From positions 492 through 64,491 of the forward strand of contig CAMDLK010000002.1 in assembly GCA_945901725.1 (NCBI GenBank): 64,000 nucleotides of DNA, in the 5' to 3' direction. A program made the position numbers and the translations under genes. The notes below the pieces were generated by a model. It saw only the letters and a program-made list of their open reading frames with translations, was not told the DNA's origin and did not search any database. Of the stretch, positions 1-9,113 are shown piece by piece (position 1 is the stretch's first letter; the number at the start of each line of letters is the position of its first letter). This DNA comes from Bifidobacterium breve. GTDB taxonomy: Bacteria > Actinomycetota > Acidimicrobiia > Acidimicrobiales > Ilumatobacteraceae.

Positions 1-1
1 A

Positions 2-427
2 GAAGCCCTAGCTTCCATGGGCGATTTCGTCACTCAGATGCACACCACTTCAGGCTTGCTTGAACTAATCAAGACGTCAACCATCAGTCACGATGAAGCG
101 ATGCAGCAAACTCTCGACTTCATCAAGGAACACAGTCCTGAATCAGGAAAGATTCCGTTGTGCGGGAACTCCATTCGTACCGACAGAAGTTTCCTTGAAA
201 AGTACATGCCAGAAATTGAACACTGGTTGCACTACCGCTGTGTTGATGTTTCCACTGTGAAGGAACTGGTGAAGCGCTGGTACCCGAACATCGCATACGG
301 TCGTGAAATCAATGCTGGTCAGAATCATCGTGCAATGGATGACATTCGTGACAGCGTCGATGAAATGCGTTACTACCGTAACTTAATTTTCCGTGATCCT
401 GCTGAAGTGAAGAAACCAAGCAAATGA
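2..427 (+). CDS. orn: Oligoribonuclease (3'-5' exoribonuclease), 5'-truncated by window edge
   Basis: ORF 17..427 is open back to the window edge. The sequence '..CGNSIRTDRSFLEKYMPEIEHWLHYRCVDVSTVKEL..HRAMDDIRDSVDEMRYYR' is a typical Orn C-terminal DEDDh exonuclease region (H-x4-D motif). Confidence 0.85.
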   Translation, partial: EALASMGDFVTQMHTTSGLLELIKTSTISHDEAMQQTLDFIKEHSPESGKIPLCGNSIRTDRSFLEKYMPEIEHWLHYRCVDVSTVKELVKRWYPNIAYGREINAGQNHRAMDDIRDSVDEMRYYRNLIFRDPAEVKKPSK

Positions 428-1479
428 GCTCGGACACTCCTCGCCCGCTGAAGTCTGAACAACTTCAAGCGACCGATGAGATTGTTGAAGTAGCACCCGG
501 AATTTTGCGCACGCAATTGCCTGCAAACATCACTGGCCTTGGCCACGTGAACATGTACGTTCTTGAAGACGAGCGCGGTGTTGCCGTAGTTGACCCAGGT
601 CTTCCTACAAAAGAATCGTGGACTGCACTCACTGATCGCTTAGCAACAATTGGTGTGCCACTGAAGCGCGTGCATTCAATCATTGTCACACATAGCCACC
701 CAGACCATTACGGCGGCGCTGCACGACTTCAGAATGAATCTGGCGCAGACATCATCACCCATCGTTTGTTTCGTACGTTCTACGACCCAACAGAACCACC
801 CGATGTCAATGCTGAAGATCTAGCTCTCATGATGCGTAGCCCATTTGATCCACCACCGTGGGGCGGACCAGCAATGGATATGCCATGGCAACGTAAAGCA
901 CGTATGCGCATCGCACGTACGTTTCCAAAACTAATGAAGGTGCCAAAGCCATCCGTTCGTCTGAATGAATCTGACCGTATGAAGTTTGCACGCCGTGAGT
1001 GGATTGCAGTGCATACACCTGGCCACACTCACGACCATTTATGCCTTTTCGACCAAGAAACAGGCACTCTTCTTAGTGGTGATCATGTGTTGCCAACCAT
1101 TACCCCACACATCAGTGGCCTTACTGCACATGGTGACCCACTAACTTTGTTCTTTGACTCACTCGACAAAATTGGCAACTTTGCTAACCAAATCAATATC
1201 GCATTACCAGCACACGGAACTCCGTTTGGGAATGTGGGCGACCGAGTGCAAGCAATTAAAGATCACCATGTTGAGCGTTTACAAAAACTCCGTGATACCA
1301 GTGTTGATCTCAGTCGCCCAGCAACCGTGATGGAGTTTGCTACTCACTTGTTCTCCCCTCGCGCGCAAGGCTCAATGGCTGATAGCGAAGCGTTTGCACA
1401 CCTTGAACACCTACGTATTCTTGGTGATTTTGAACGGCGCGACAAAGACGGCGCCTACGAATACGTGCTTAAGGATTAA
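424..1479 (+). CDS. MBL-fold metallo-hydrolase
   Basis: HxHxDH motif 'THSHPDHYGG' and later 'HTPGHTHDH'. There is a 4-nt ATGA overlap with orn. Confidence 0.8.
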   Translation: MSSDTPRPLKSEQLQATDEIVEVAPGILRTQLPANITGLGHVNMYVLEDERGVAVVDPGLPTKESWTALTDRLATIGVPLKRVHSIIVTHSHPDHYGGAARLQNESGADIITHRLFRTFYDPTEPPDVNAEDLALMMRSPFDPPPWGGPAMDMPWQRKARMRIARTFPKLMKVPKPSVRLNESDRMKFARREWIAVHTPGHTHDHLCLFDQETGTLLSGDHVLPTITPHISGLTAHGDPLTLFFDSLDKIGNFANQINIALPAHGTPFGNVGDRVQAIKDHHVERLQKLRDTSVDLSRPATVMEFATHLFSPRAQGSMADSEAFAHLEHLRILGDFERRDKDGAYEYVLKD

Positions 1480-2236
1480 GCCCGCACCACATAGCTGCAT
1501 GCATAGTTGCACCAACACGCAGCTGTAATTCAAGGTCGTCATGGCCTGATGCAATATGTCGAATTGGTTCCTGGCCAGGTTCTACTTGCACCACATGTTC
1601 TACGACTGCACGTAGCGGCGCGCGAACATCACGGTGTGCTGCAAGAAACTCTTCAACAATCACCCAATACGCAGCGTTATTCATATGGCCCACTGCATCA
1701 AAGTCAGCAAACCGTAAAGGCCACGACGTCGTTTCAACACTTGATTCGTTAAACAATTTGTCGCGCAACAAGAGTCGTGCGTTCACGTCACGACCACCTG
1801 CAGATGCACCCAAAATGTCAACAACATCAGCCGGCACTTTGCTCGGCTGCATTGTGGTCTCATCAACATGAACCCATAACGACGCAGCATCAATCAATGG
1901 CGTGCCATCAACAGAACTAATGCGTGTACGCCGTTCTGCCCAATGTGAACCGATTCCACCACACCATGTAGTGAGATCAATCTCTTGCATGTATTCCGGA
2001 AACTGATGCACATCAATAACGGTGCGACGCACTACCCACCAATGCGGGTCACTCCAGTCGGCATCGCGTGTGTCGTCATTCGACACATCTTGCAAATAGC
2101 GCGCAACTGAATCAAGACGTAAGCGCCCATTCGGAGTTGCATCACCAAGACGAACACGACGCCTGGCAGTGAATTGCCTTCCTGACCCGGGGCCATCAAT
2201 CATCTGAAAACTCAGTGCAGCATCACGAAACGACAT
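1469..2236 (-). CDS. Acyl-ACP thioesterase family protein
   Basis: Hotdog-fold thioesterase-like sequence ('LRLDSVARYLQDVSNDD..', 'FADFDAVGHMNNAAYW'). The long ORF runs to 2524, but its first ~96 aa are Cys/Ser-rich nonsense overlapping a better + strand ORF. I therefore chose the ATG at 2236; the start is uncertain. Confidence 0.6.
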   Translation of the reverse strand: MSFRDAALSFQMIDGPGSGRQFTARRRVRLGDATPNGRLRLDSVARYLQDVSNDDTRDADWSDPHWWVVRRTVIDVHQFPEYMQEIDLTTWCGGIGSHWAERRTRISSVDGTPLIDAASLWVHVDETTMQPSKVPADVVDILGASAGGRDVNARLLLRDKLFNESSVETTSWPLRFADFDAVGHMNNAAYWVIVEEFLAAHRDVRAPLRAVVEHVVQVEPGQEPIRHIASGHDDLELQLRVGATMHAAMWCGLNP

Positions 2237-2333
2237 CAATGTCACGATATCTGCTTGATATTGCCCCAGAGGCTTCCAACTACTTCCAACAAATGCACAC
2301 ATATCTGTACAACACCAGAAAAAGGGACTTACT

Positions 2334-2597
2334 ATGAGTATTAGCGAAGCACAACGATTCGACATGCAGATCGGACTGCGACAACAGCTAGGAGATGACG
2401 TGGCAAACTCACTTATGGAACACCTGCCTCCATCTGGCTGGTCAGATGTCGCCCGCACCCGTGACATTGAATTCATTGAAAAACGATTAGGAATGATCGA
2501 GAAACGATTGAACGTTTGCATCACAGTGGGTCTTGCGTGCGGACTCGCATTGGTTGCACTTCAAGTGCAAATCATGCTCAGCATCTCGCACCTCTAA
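2334..2597 (+). CDS. Small hypothetical protein with C-terminal transmembrane anchor
   Basis: 87 aa with an AAGGGA Shine-Dalgarno-like sequence ~7 nt upstream. A soluble helical N-part is followed by the hydrophobic tail 'ITVGLACGLALVALQVQIMLSI'. No family recognised. Confidence 0.4.
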   Translation: MSISEAQRFDMQIGLRQQLGDDVANSLMEHLPPSGWSDVARTRDIEFIEKRLGMIEKRLNVCITVGLACGLALVALQVQIMLSISHL

Positions 2598-2681
2598 GAG
2601 ACCAATAACTTGGCGATAACTGCCACAAGTAATTGCTACATTTCTTGTACTTGCTCATTCCATTTTAGAGAATGAGTTCGG

Positions 2682-2705
2682 GGCCCATTCCTTCGGGGAT
2701 GGGCC
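2682..2705 (+). terminator. Stable hairpin (10-bp stem, UUCG tetraloop) downstream of the 2334..2597 ORF
   Basis: GGCCCATTCC-TTCG-GGGATGGGCC followed by TCTGTGTTTC, a weak U-tract. Confidence 0.35.
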
Positions 2706-2836
2706 TCTGTGTTTCATCGGCAGATACCTTTAGTCGGGTCAATTGTCATCCGCCCACTTTGCGCAAACCCTTATGGGTACTGGATTTCATTAAATCAGTT
2801 GACTCTGGCGATATCAGGTGGTTTGATGGACACCTC

Positions 2837-3001
2837 ATGCGTAACAACCTGACCACCGCAACTATGGGTACCACGGCAACAGCCGTGGCGTTTACCTATG
2901 CGTCAACAGTGGTCGATCACGCATATGCCATGTGGTCGTCACCGGCAGCGAATCACGCCAATAAGCGTCGCACCCGGCAGCCCCGTGGGTTTCTGATCTA
3001 A
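2837..3001 (+). CDS. Putative leader peptide (uORF) of the whiB7-like gene, 54 aa, Thr/Ala-rich
   Basis: In-frame internal ATG of the 2672..3001 ORF ('MRNNLTTATMGTTATAVAFTYASTVV...'). It ends 27 nt before the attenuator hairpin. The call rests on position and analogy only. Confidence 0.3.
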   Translation: MRNNLTTATMGTTATAVAFTYASTVVDHAYAMWSSPAANHANKRRTRQPRGFLI

Positions 3002-3027
3002 CACAAGATCACAATACACACTTACGT

Positions 3028-3066
3028 GGCCGCCGGGAAATTATCCCGAGCGGCCTTTTTGTTTTA
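3028..3066 (+). terminator. Rho-independent terminator / attenuator upstream of the whiB7-like gene
   Basis: GGCCGCCGGGA-AATTA-TCCCG(A)GCGGCC forms an 11-bp stem with one bulge, followed by TTTTTGTTTT. Confidence 0.7.
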
Positions 3067-3115
3067 TCCGCCCACCTACCAAAAGATCTCAGCCCAATCG
3101 AAAGGAACAGAGAAC

Positions 3116-3466
3116 ATGTACACATCAATCAACACCGACATGGGAGGCACAACGCTCACAGAGCAGCCCCTCATCCTGTCCGCCAAGCGTTGCGCAGACG
3201 GCAACGGCACCTTGAGCTACCTCTTCTTTTCTGACGAGTGGGTCGACGTGCAGCGTGCGAAAGCAATCTGCGCAAAGTGTTCCGGACAAGAGGCGTGCCT
3301 ATCTGGCGCCCTCGAGCGCGAAGAGCCCTGGGGAGTCTGGGGAGGCGAACAGCTAGAGATGGGCAGAATCGTGGGCGTCAGACGCCCTCGTGGACGTCCT
3401 GCCACCAAAATCAGACCAACGCTTGTCATCGAAGAGGTACCAATTCCACGTCACCTCGTAGCCTGA
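3116..3466 (+). CDS. whiB7: WhiB-family Fe-S transcription factor, WhiB7 subclass (EPW motif plus C-terminal AT-hook)
   Basis: Four Cys ('RCADG..', 'ICAKCSGQEAC'), 'EEPWGVWGG' turn, and C-terminal 'RRPRGRPATK' AT-hook. AAAGGAA RBS sits before the ATG at 3116. The longer ORF from 3026 would read through the terminator. Confidence 0.75.
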   Translation: MYTSINTDMGGTTLTEQPLILSAKRCADGNGTLSYLFFSDEWVDVQRAKAICAKCSGQEACLSGALEREEPWGVWGGEQLEMGRIVGVRRPRGRPATKIRPTLVIEEVPIPRHLVA

Positions 3467-3470
3467 GTAC

Positions 3471-4052
3471 ATGAAGTGGAACCGCCGTACCGCACGATTT
3501 CTGGTTCCCTTCCTTGTACTACTTGTCAGCGTTGTTGGTGGGTGGGCTCTTAGTCGGCCCACCAACAGCGTTGACGTCAATCTCAATCAACCCGTAACAA
3601 CGTTGTCACCTACCATCGGTACAAACGCCAGCAACACGGGCAAGAAATTCACATTTGTTGAGTTGGTAGATAATGCCACCGGCGACAAAGGAACTATTGC
3701 TCCTGCTGGCAAACCGATGGTGGTGAACTTCTGGTACTCAACATGTGAGCCATGTAAACGTGAAATGCCGGCGCTGTCTGCATCAAGCGCAAAATATGCA
3801 GCGACCGTTGACTTCATTGGCATTAACCCCAATGATTCTCGCGAAGTGGCCACCGAATTCTTGAAGAAGTACAACATCACGTACCCGACATTTATTGATG
3901 ATGGAACACAACTTGCTGAAGCGGGCGTTGTCACACTTCCTGCCACGTTCTTTCTTGATAGTTCCGGGACCATCGTTGCCAGACGAGCCGGTGAAATCAC
4001 ATCTGCGGAAATTGATTCGATTCTTACAAATGATTTGAAAGTCTCGCCGTGA
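3471..4052 (+). CDS. TlpA/ResA-family membrane-anchored thiol-disulfide oxidoreductase
   Basis: N-terminal TM segment and thioredoxin fold with the CxxC motif 'FWYSTCEPCKREMP'. Confidence 0.8.
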   Translation: MKWNRRTARFLVPFLVLLVSVVGGWALSRPTNSVDVNLNQPVTTLSPTIGTNASNTGKKFTFVELVDNATGDKGTIAPAGKPMVVNFWYSTCEPCKREMPALSASSAKYAATVDFIGINPNDSREVATEFLKKYNITYPTFIDDGTQLAEAGVVTLPATFFLDSSGTIVARRAGEITSAEIDSILTNDLKVSP

Positions 4053-4894
4053 TTGCAATTGAAGGAAACTTCGCATACAGCTTCATTCTTGGCGTCATGG
4101 CGGCAGTGAACCCGTGTGGCTTTGTTCTCTTGCCTACATACCTTGTGTATTACCTCGGTACTGAACTCAACCGTGAAGATGAAAACAAGACAACCACTCT
4201 GCGACGTGGTCTCAGCGTTGGCATGGCAGTGTCTTCAGGATTCATTGGTCTATTTCTCATAGTAGGAATCATCTCGCGTGCATTTACAACTGTGATCAGC
4301 GAGAACGCTAAATATGCCGCACTTGTCATCGGCATTGCTCTCGTTGCTATGGGTATTGCAATGTTGTTTGGCTGGAAATTGCCCATTGCACAGCCAGATG
4401 TTTCAATGCAACGCAAGCGCACCACATGGAACATGTTTTTGTTCGGCATCGTGTACGCCATAGCTTCCATTGGTTGCACAATCGGTCTTCTCATTTCCGT
4501 CATTCTTGGCTCTATCAATCGACACGGCTTTGTTTCTGGTGTCATCAGCATTGTTCTATACGGCCTTGGAATGGGACTTCTAGTCACGTCGCTTACTGTT
4601 GCATTGGCATTTGCTCGAGTCGGTCTTGTCTCAACCATCAAGAAGAGCTTCAAGTGGTTCGACAAGGTATCAGCTGTATTCGTTGTACTGACTGGGCTGT
4701 ATCTGTCGTGGTATTGGTTGGGCGCAATTACTGATCGCGGAACAGACGGAGTGACATCTCGCGTTGAGCGTTGGCAAACAAAAGTCGTTCAGTTTTTGCA
4801 AGATGCCGGCGTCTACCCACTGCTTATAGTTTTCTGTGTCATTATCGCAACCGCCGGATTAGTTATTCGACGTTCCTCACTACAGAGCATGTAA
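4049..4894 (+). CDS. ccdA: Cytochrome c biogenesis protein CcdA (DsbD-family transmembrane electron transporter)
   Basis: Polytopic membrane protein with 'AAVNPCGFVLLPTYL' and a second Cys in 'ASIGCTIG'. Overlaps the resA-like gene by 4 nt. Confidence 0.85.
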   Translation: MIAIEGNFAYSFILGVMAAVNPCGFVLLPTYLVYYLGTELNREDENKTTTLRRGLSVGMAVSSGFIGLFLIVGIISRAFTTVISENAKYAALVIGIALVAMGIAMLFGWKLPIAQPDVSMQRKRTTWNMFLFGIVYAIASIGCTIGLLISVILGSINRHGFVSGVISIVLYGLGMGLLVTSLTVALAFARVGLVSTIKKSFKWFDKVSAVFVVLTGLYLSWYWLGAITDRGTDGVTSRVERWQTKVVQFLQDAGVYPLLIVFCVIIATAGLVIRRSSLQSM

Positions 4895-4896
4895 CC

Positions 4897-5496
4897 ATGA
4901 ATCTTTCTGAGTTATTGGAATACGACGACGTCACAGAAGAGTCGATATTGCGATCCACGTTTGGATTTATGGCCTTTCATGGCGGCGCGCTTGAAGAAAT
5001 GACTGACACCATTGCATCACGTGCAGCAGAACGCGCTGGTGCCTCGTACTACGGAATTCAATTGCCAGACAACCTTGAATGGCATCTTCCATCACACACA
5101 ATCACGGCTGATCAGTCACCTGTACTCGCATCTTTTCTGTCACATGTGAACATTGTGATCACAGTGCACGGTTTTGGTCGTGCCGGGTTTTTCACATCGC
5201 TACTGCTCGGTGGGCGCAACCGCAGACTTGCTACTCACCTCGGCGGCTTACTTCGCACACATCTTCCGGCTTACACAATCCTTGACGACATCGATGACAT
5301 TCCGAACAACCTTCGCGGCATGCACCAAGACAACCCAGTCAACGTGGTGGAACATGCCGGCGTGCAACTGGAATTGCCCCCTCGAGTACGTGGCTCTAGC
5401 CCGCTGTGGTGGGACTGGGAAGGCCCTGGGTTAACTCCACACACTGAAAGCCTGATTGACGCTCTGGTGGACTGCGCCTCAACCTGGCCCGGTTAG
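4897..5496 (+). CDS. Poly-gamma-glutamate hydrolase family protein (DUF867/PghP-like)
   Basis: 'FGFMAFHGGALEEMTD..', 'VITVHGFGR', 'LLGGRNRRLA', 'GVQLELPPRVR'. The ATG at 4897 lies directly after the ccdA stop; the upstream part of ORF 4771.. overlaps ccdA. Confidence 0.6.
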   Translation: MNLSELLEYDDVTEESILRSTFGFMAFHGGALEEMTDTIASRAAERAGASYYGIQLPDNLEWHLPSHTITADQSPVLASFLSHVNIVITVHGFGRAGFFTSLLLGGRNRRLATHLGGLLRTHLPAYTILDDIDDIPNNLRGMHQDNPVNVVEHAGVQLELPPRVRGSSPLWWDWEGPGLTPHTESLIDALVDCASTWPG

Positions 5497-6128
5497 GGCG
5501 CGAGGCGTTCAACGCGCCACACCACGCCATTGCGTGTGTAGCGGAAACGATCATGCAAACGACTTGGTCTGCCTTGCCAAAATTCAATCTGGTCAATCGA
5601 TAAGACATAGCCACCCCAATGTGGCGGACGAGGAACGTCACTACCTTCGAAGCGTGCAGTTACTTCTTCGATGAGATCATCTAGTTCTTCTCTGTTGCCG
5701 ATAACTGTTGACTGAGGAGAAGCCCATGCACCTAATTGTGAGGCGCGTGGTCGCGATGCAAAATACTCATCGCTCACTGCATCGCTTGCAAGAGAAATGT
5801 TCCCCTGAATACGCACTTGGCGGTGCAGGTCAAGCCACGCAAATGTTCCCGCGGCTCGTGAGTCACCCGCAATCTGTGTTCCCTTTGCACTAGTGCGGTT
5901 CGAGAAAAACGTGACTCCGTGTGCATCAATACCGCGAGCCAATAACACTCGGGAATCTGGCTGCCCTGTTGCATCAACAGTGGACAACACCATTGCATTA
6001 GGTTCAGTGATCCCAACTTCTTCTGCCTGGTGGTACCAGACGTTTAATTGTGTGATGGGATCTGCATGAAGATCATCAATATCAAGACCTGCTGTCTCGT
6101 ATTGAATACGGCGATCAGCAATACCCAC
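5493..6128 (-). CDS. pdxH: Pyridoxamine 5'-phosphate oxidase
   Basis: '..IEFWQGRPSRLHDRFRY..' and overall PdxH-like sequence, 211 aa. Confidence 0.9.
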   Translation of the reverse strand: MGIADRRIQYETAGLDIDDLHADPITQLNVWYHQAEEVGITEPNAMVLSTVDATGQPDSRVLLARGIDAHGVTFFSNRTSAKGTQIAGDSRAAGTFAWLDLHRQVRIQGNISLASDAVSDEYFASRPRASQLGAWASPQSTVIGNREELDDLIEEVTARFEGSDVPRPPHWGGYVLSIDQIEFWQGRPSRLHDRFRYTRNGVVWRVERLAP

Positions 6129-6130
6129 TG

Positions 6131-7426
6131 TTACGCCTTTGGCGTGATGTGCGTTGCACCGCGCATGTATGGGCGAAGAACATCTGGGATTCGAACGCTG
6201 CCGTCTGGTTGGCGGTGGTTTTCACAAATCGCTGCCCACACGCGAGGCACTGCAAGTGCCGAACCATTCAGTGTGTTTGCAATTTCAGTGCCTTTTTGCC
6301 CAGTGCGCTTGAAACGAATGTCTGCACGACGCGCTTGATAATCAGAGAACCAGGAAACACTGCTGACTTCCAGCCATGCATCACAACCAGGTGCATACAC
6401 CTCAATGTCGAAACTGCGGTGATGACTTCCGCCCATATCGCCAGTGCAAATTTCAATAATGCGATACGGCAATTCCAAAGCAGCCATAAGAGCTTCTGCA
6501 CGACCAACTAACTCAGTTAGTAGTTCGGGTGCATCTTCCGGGCGTGCAATCGCAAGAATTTCTACTTTGTCAAACTCATGAGCACGCAACATACCGCGCG
6601 TGTCACGACCAGCACTTCCCGCTTCGCGGCGGTAGCACGGCGAATAGGCCATCAGACGAATTGGTAGTTCGGCTTCATCTAACACTTCACCTGCATGTAG
6701 CGACGTGAGTGGAACTTCAGCGGTAGGAATAGCCCATAGGTCGTCACGTTCAATGGCATATGCATCATCTGCAAACTTCGGCAAGTGACCTGTGGCAGTA
6801 AGTGTTGAGGTAGTCACAAAACTTGGTGGGCGAATTTCTTCGAAGGCATCAGCGTTCTGATCTAATGCAAACTGGCACAGTGCACGTGCAAGGGTCGCAC
6901 CGAGACCCCGCTGCATGGTGAACATTGCACCAGCAATTTTTGTCGCACGTTCATTATCAAGAATTCCAAGAGCCGTTGCGGTCTCCCAATGAGGAACACG
7001 CTGATGTTCGCCAAAAGTGGCGGGCAAGTTAATGGGGCCTTTTACGATTGGGTTCTCATGATCGCCTGCGCCATCAGGGGCATCTGGGTGAGGCAAGTTA
7101 GGAATGCGCAGCATGATTTGCTGCAGTGCATCTTGCACAGTGTCGATCTCGCTCTGTAGAACGCGCTCACGGTCTCCACCAGCTCGGCTGCGCTCCATAA
7201 GCGCTTCTGCCTCGTCGTTCTTCTTGTCGCGACGTAGTGCGCCCACCTGCTTCGAGAGGTCGTTCACCTCTGCGCGCAGACTGTCACGCTCAAGGCTGAT
7301 CTCGCGAACACGGGTATCAAGGGCAACGGCTTCATCGACCTGTACTAGGAGGTCTGGCTTTCCCCGACGAGCCAAGGCAGATCGCACCCCATCAAGGTTC
7401 GTGCGCAGAAGTCGTACATCAATCAC
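6131..7426 (-). CDS. serS: Seryl-tRNA synthetase
   Basis: N-terminal coiled-coil arm plus class II core ('RREAGSAGRDTRGMLRAHEFDKVE'), 431 aa. Confidence 0.95.
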   Translation of the reverse strand: MIDVRLLRTNLDGVRSALARRGKPDLLVQVDEAVALDTRVREISLERDSLRAEVNDLSKQVGALRRDKKNDEAEALMERSRAGGDRERVLQSEIDTVQDALQQIMLRIPNLPHPDAPDGAGDHENPIVKGPINLPATFGEHQRVPHWETATALGILDNERATKIAGAMFTMQRGLGATLARALCQFALDQNADAFEEIRPPSFVTTSTLTATGHLPKFADDAYAIERDDLWAIPTAEVPLTSLHAGEVLDEAELPIRLMAYSPCYRREAGSAGRDTRGMLRAHEFDKVEILAIARPEDAPELLTELVGRAEALMAALELPYRIIEICTGDMGGSHHRSFDIEVYAPGCDAWLEVSSVSWFSDYQARRADIRFKRTGQKGTEIANTLNGSALAVPRVWAAICENHRQPDGSVRIPDVLRPYMRGATHITPKA

Positions 7427-7488
7427 AGGATTTCAGGCTACCTGTCCCGCCTTTCGTGCTGAGAGGCATTTGTTCGTAAAGTGGAGAT

Positions 7489-8385
7489 GTGTCCGTTGTT
7501 GTCAAAAATCTGAGTGTTTCCTATGGCGACCTCATGGCTGTCGACAATATCTCGTTCGAGGCTCCATCTGGCAGTGTGACTGTCATCCTCGGGCCAAATG
7601 GGGCCGGCAAGACCAGCACCATTGAGGTCTGTGAGGGCTTTCGCACTGCCAAATCTGGCTCTGTGCGAGTCCTTGGGCTTGACCCCGTCTCTGACCACCG
7701 TGCACTGACCGAGCGCATGGGAGTCATGCTGCAAGGCGGAGGCGTCTACCCCAGTGCCCGCGTGCGTGATGTGGTGTCTCATTTCTGCGCCCTGCATAAC
7801 AAAGGTGTGAATGCGACACAGTTGATTGAGCGCGTTGGCCTCTCAAATCGTTCAACAGGCACATGGCGAAAACTGTCGGGCGGAGAACAACAGCGATTGT
7901 CGCTTGCTTTGGCCTTAGCTGCAGACCCCGAAGTGATTTTTCTGGACGAACCAACATCAGGTGTCGACATTGACGGCCGCGACATCATTGCGGACATCAT
8001 TTATGATTTGGCAGCACGAGGCACCACTGTTGTACTGGCATCACATGACATGGCCGAAGCAGAGAAAGTAGCAACCCACGCAGTGCTGTTTAATTCTGGG
8101 AAGGTAATCGCAAGTGGTGAAATTTCATCGCTGCTTACATCTCGCAAGCACCTACGATTCACTTCATCAGAAGGTCTCGTACCTGCTGAACTTGCAGTGT
8201 CAATCAAGAGTCCAGTGGTTGCTATCGGAGACGGTGTGTACGAAGTGGCATCAGAACCAACTCCACAGTTAATGACACGAATTTCGCAGTGGCTTGCTGA
8301 TAATTCGCACCCGCTAATAGGCGTAGACATGGGTAAAGAGTCCCTCGAAGATACGTATCGACGCTTGACTCGGGGCCAGCAATGA
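7489..8385 (+). CDS. ABC transporter ATP-binding protein (ABC-2/DrrA-like)
   Basis: Walker A 'GPNGAGKTST', signature 'LSGGEQQRL', Walker B 'IFLDEPT'. Confidence 0.9.
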   Translation: MSVVVKNLSVSYGDLMAVDNISFEAPSGSVTVILGPNGAGKTSTIEVCEGFRTAKSGSVRVLGLDPVSDHRALTERMGVMLQGGGVYPSARVRDVVSHFCALHNKGVNATQLIERVGLSNRSTGTWRKLSGGEQQRLSLALALAADPEVIFLDEPTSGVDIDGRDIIADIIYDLAARGTTVVLASHDMAEAEKVATHAVLFNSGKVIASGEISSLLTSRKHLRFTSSEGLVPAELAVSIKSPVVAIGDGVYEVASEPTPQLMTRISQWLADNSHPLIGVDMGKESLEDTYRRLTRGQQ

Positions 8386-9113
8386 GGCGCATTCGTATTC
8401 AACTTCGCGCAGAACTAATGCTGCTTGCACGTAACGGCGAGCAACTGTTACTGACACTTATCATTCCTATATTGCTACTTGGCTTTTTTGGTTCGGTTGA
8501 TGTGTTGCCAAGTGCCGACATGGAACCAATTCAGATTCAGTTTTTGACACCCGGCGTACTTGCCATCGCGATCATGTCATCTTCTATGGTGAGTCTGGGA
8601 ATAGCTACGGGGTTTGAGCGTTCCTATTTGGTGTTGAAGCGACTTGGTGCAACCCCATTGACTCGTAGTGAATTAGTCATTGCAAAAATCTTGTCCGTAT
8701 TTACTGTGCAATTGATTCAGGCAATTATCTTGTTGTCGCTCGGCCTTGCGCTTGGGTGGCAACCAGGCGGTTCCACATGGCCTCTTGCAATTGTTGTGGT
8801 CCTGTTTGGGACATCGGCGTTCGCTGGAATCGGCCTCATCCTCGCTGGTCAATTACGCGCTGAGATAAATCTGGCTGCACAGAACGGGCTGTACTTGGTG
8901 TTGCTTTTGTTGGGTGGAATGGTGATTCCTCGCGACTCGCTTCCCGATTTCCTTAGTAACGCCGTTCAGGGCTTGCCGTCAACAGCGTTAGCTGATCTGC
9001 TGCGTTCGACGTTGAACGGTGATAACGCCGGCCTTGTTGTGCCATGTGCGGTGCTTGCCGCGTGGGGCATTATCGCGCCTGCAATTGCAGCACGACGCTT
9101 CCGCTGGAGTTAG
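8382..9113 (+). CDS. ABC-2 type transporter permease
   Basis: Six-TM hydrophobic protein, overlapping the ATPase gene by 4 nt. Confidence 0.8.
   Translation: MRRIRIQLRAELMLLARNGEQLLLTLIIPILLLGFFGSVDVLPSADMEPIQIQFLTPGVLAIAIMSSSMVSLGIATGFERSYLVLKRLGATPLTRSELVIAKILSVFTVQLIQAIILLSLGLALGWQPGGSTWPLAIVVVLFGTSAFAGIGLILAGQLRAEINLAAQNGLYLVLLLLGGMVIPRDSLPDFLSNAVQGLPSTALADLLRSTLNGDNAGLVVPCAVLAAWGIIAPAIAARRFRWS

Larger units (their letters stand above)
2788..3115 (+). promoter_or_regulatory. whiB7-type 5' leader: AT-rich tract next to a -35-like hexamer, a uORF, and an intrinsic-terminator attenuator
   Basis: 'TTCATTAAATCAG-TTGACT' at ~2788-2804 with a weak -10-like TTTGAT 17 nt downstream. The uORF is 2837..3001 and the strong terminator is 3028..3066, just before the whiB7-like start at 3116. 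Confidence 0.45.

Noticed and set aside
2237-2524. Upstream 96 codons of the thioesterase ORF
   Set aside because: The sequence is Cys/Ser-rich and low-plausibility. It overlaps a well-formed + strand ORF (2334..2597) that has its own RBS.
2672-3001. A 109-aa ORF that could be annotated as a hypothetical protein
   Set aside because: Its 5' half spans a stable UUCG hairpin and the putative whiB7 promoter, and it has odd composition. Only the 3' part (from the ATG at 2837) is kept, as a possible leader uORF of the whiB7-like gene.
3026-3115. N-terminal extension of the WhiB ORF (start at 3026)
   Set aside because: It would be translated through the intrinsic terminator hairpin/U-tract. A good RBS precedes the ATG at 3116, and WhiB proteins are ~80-120 aa.
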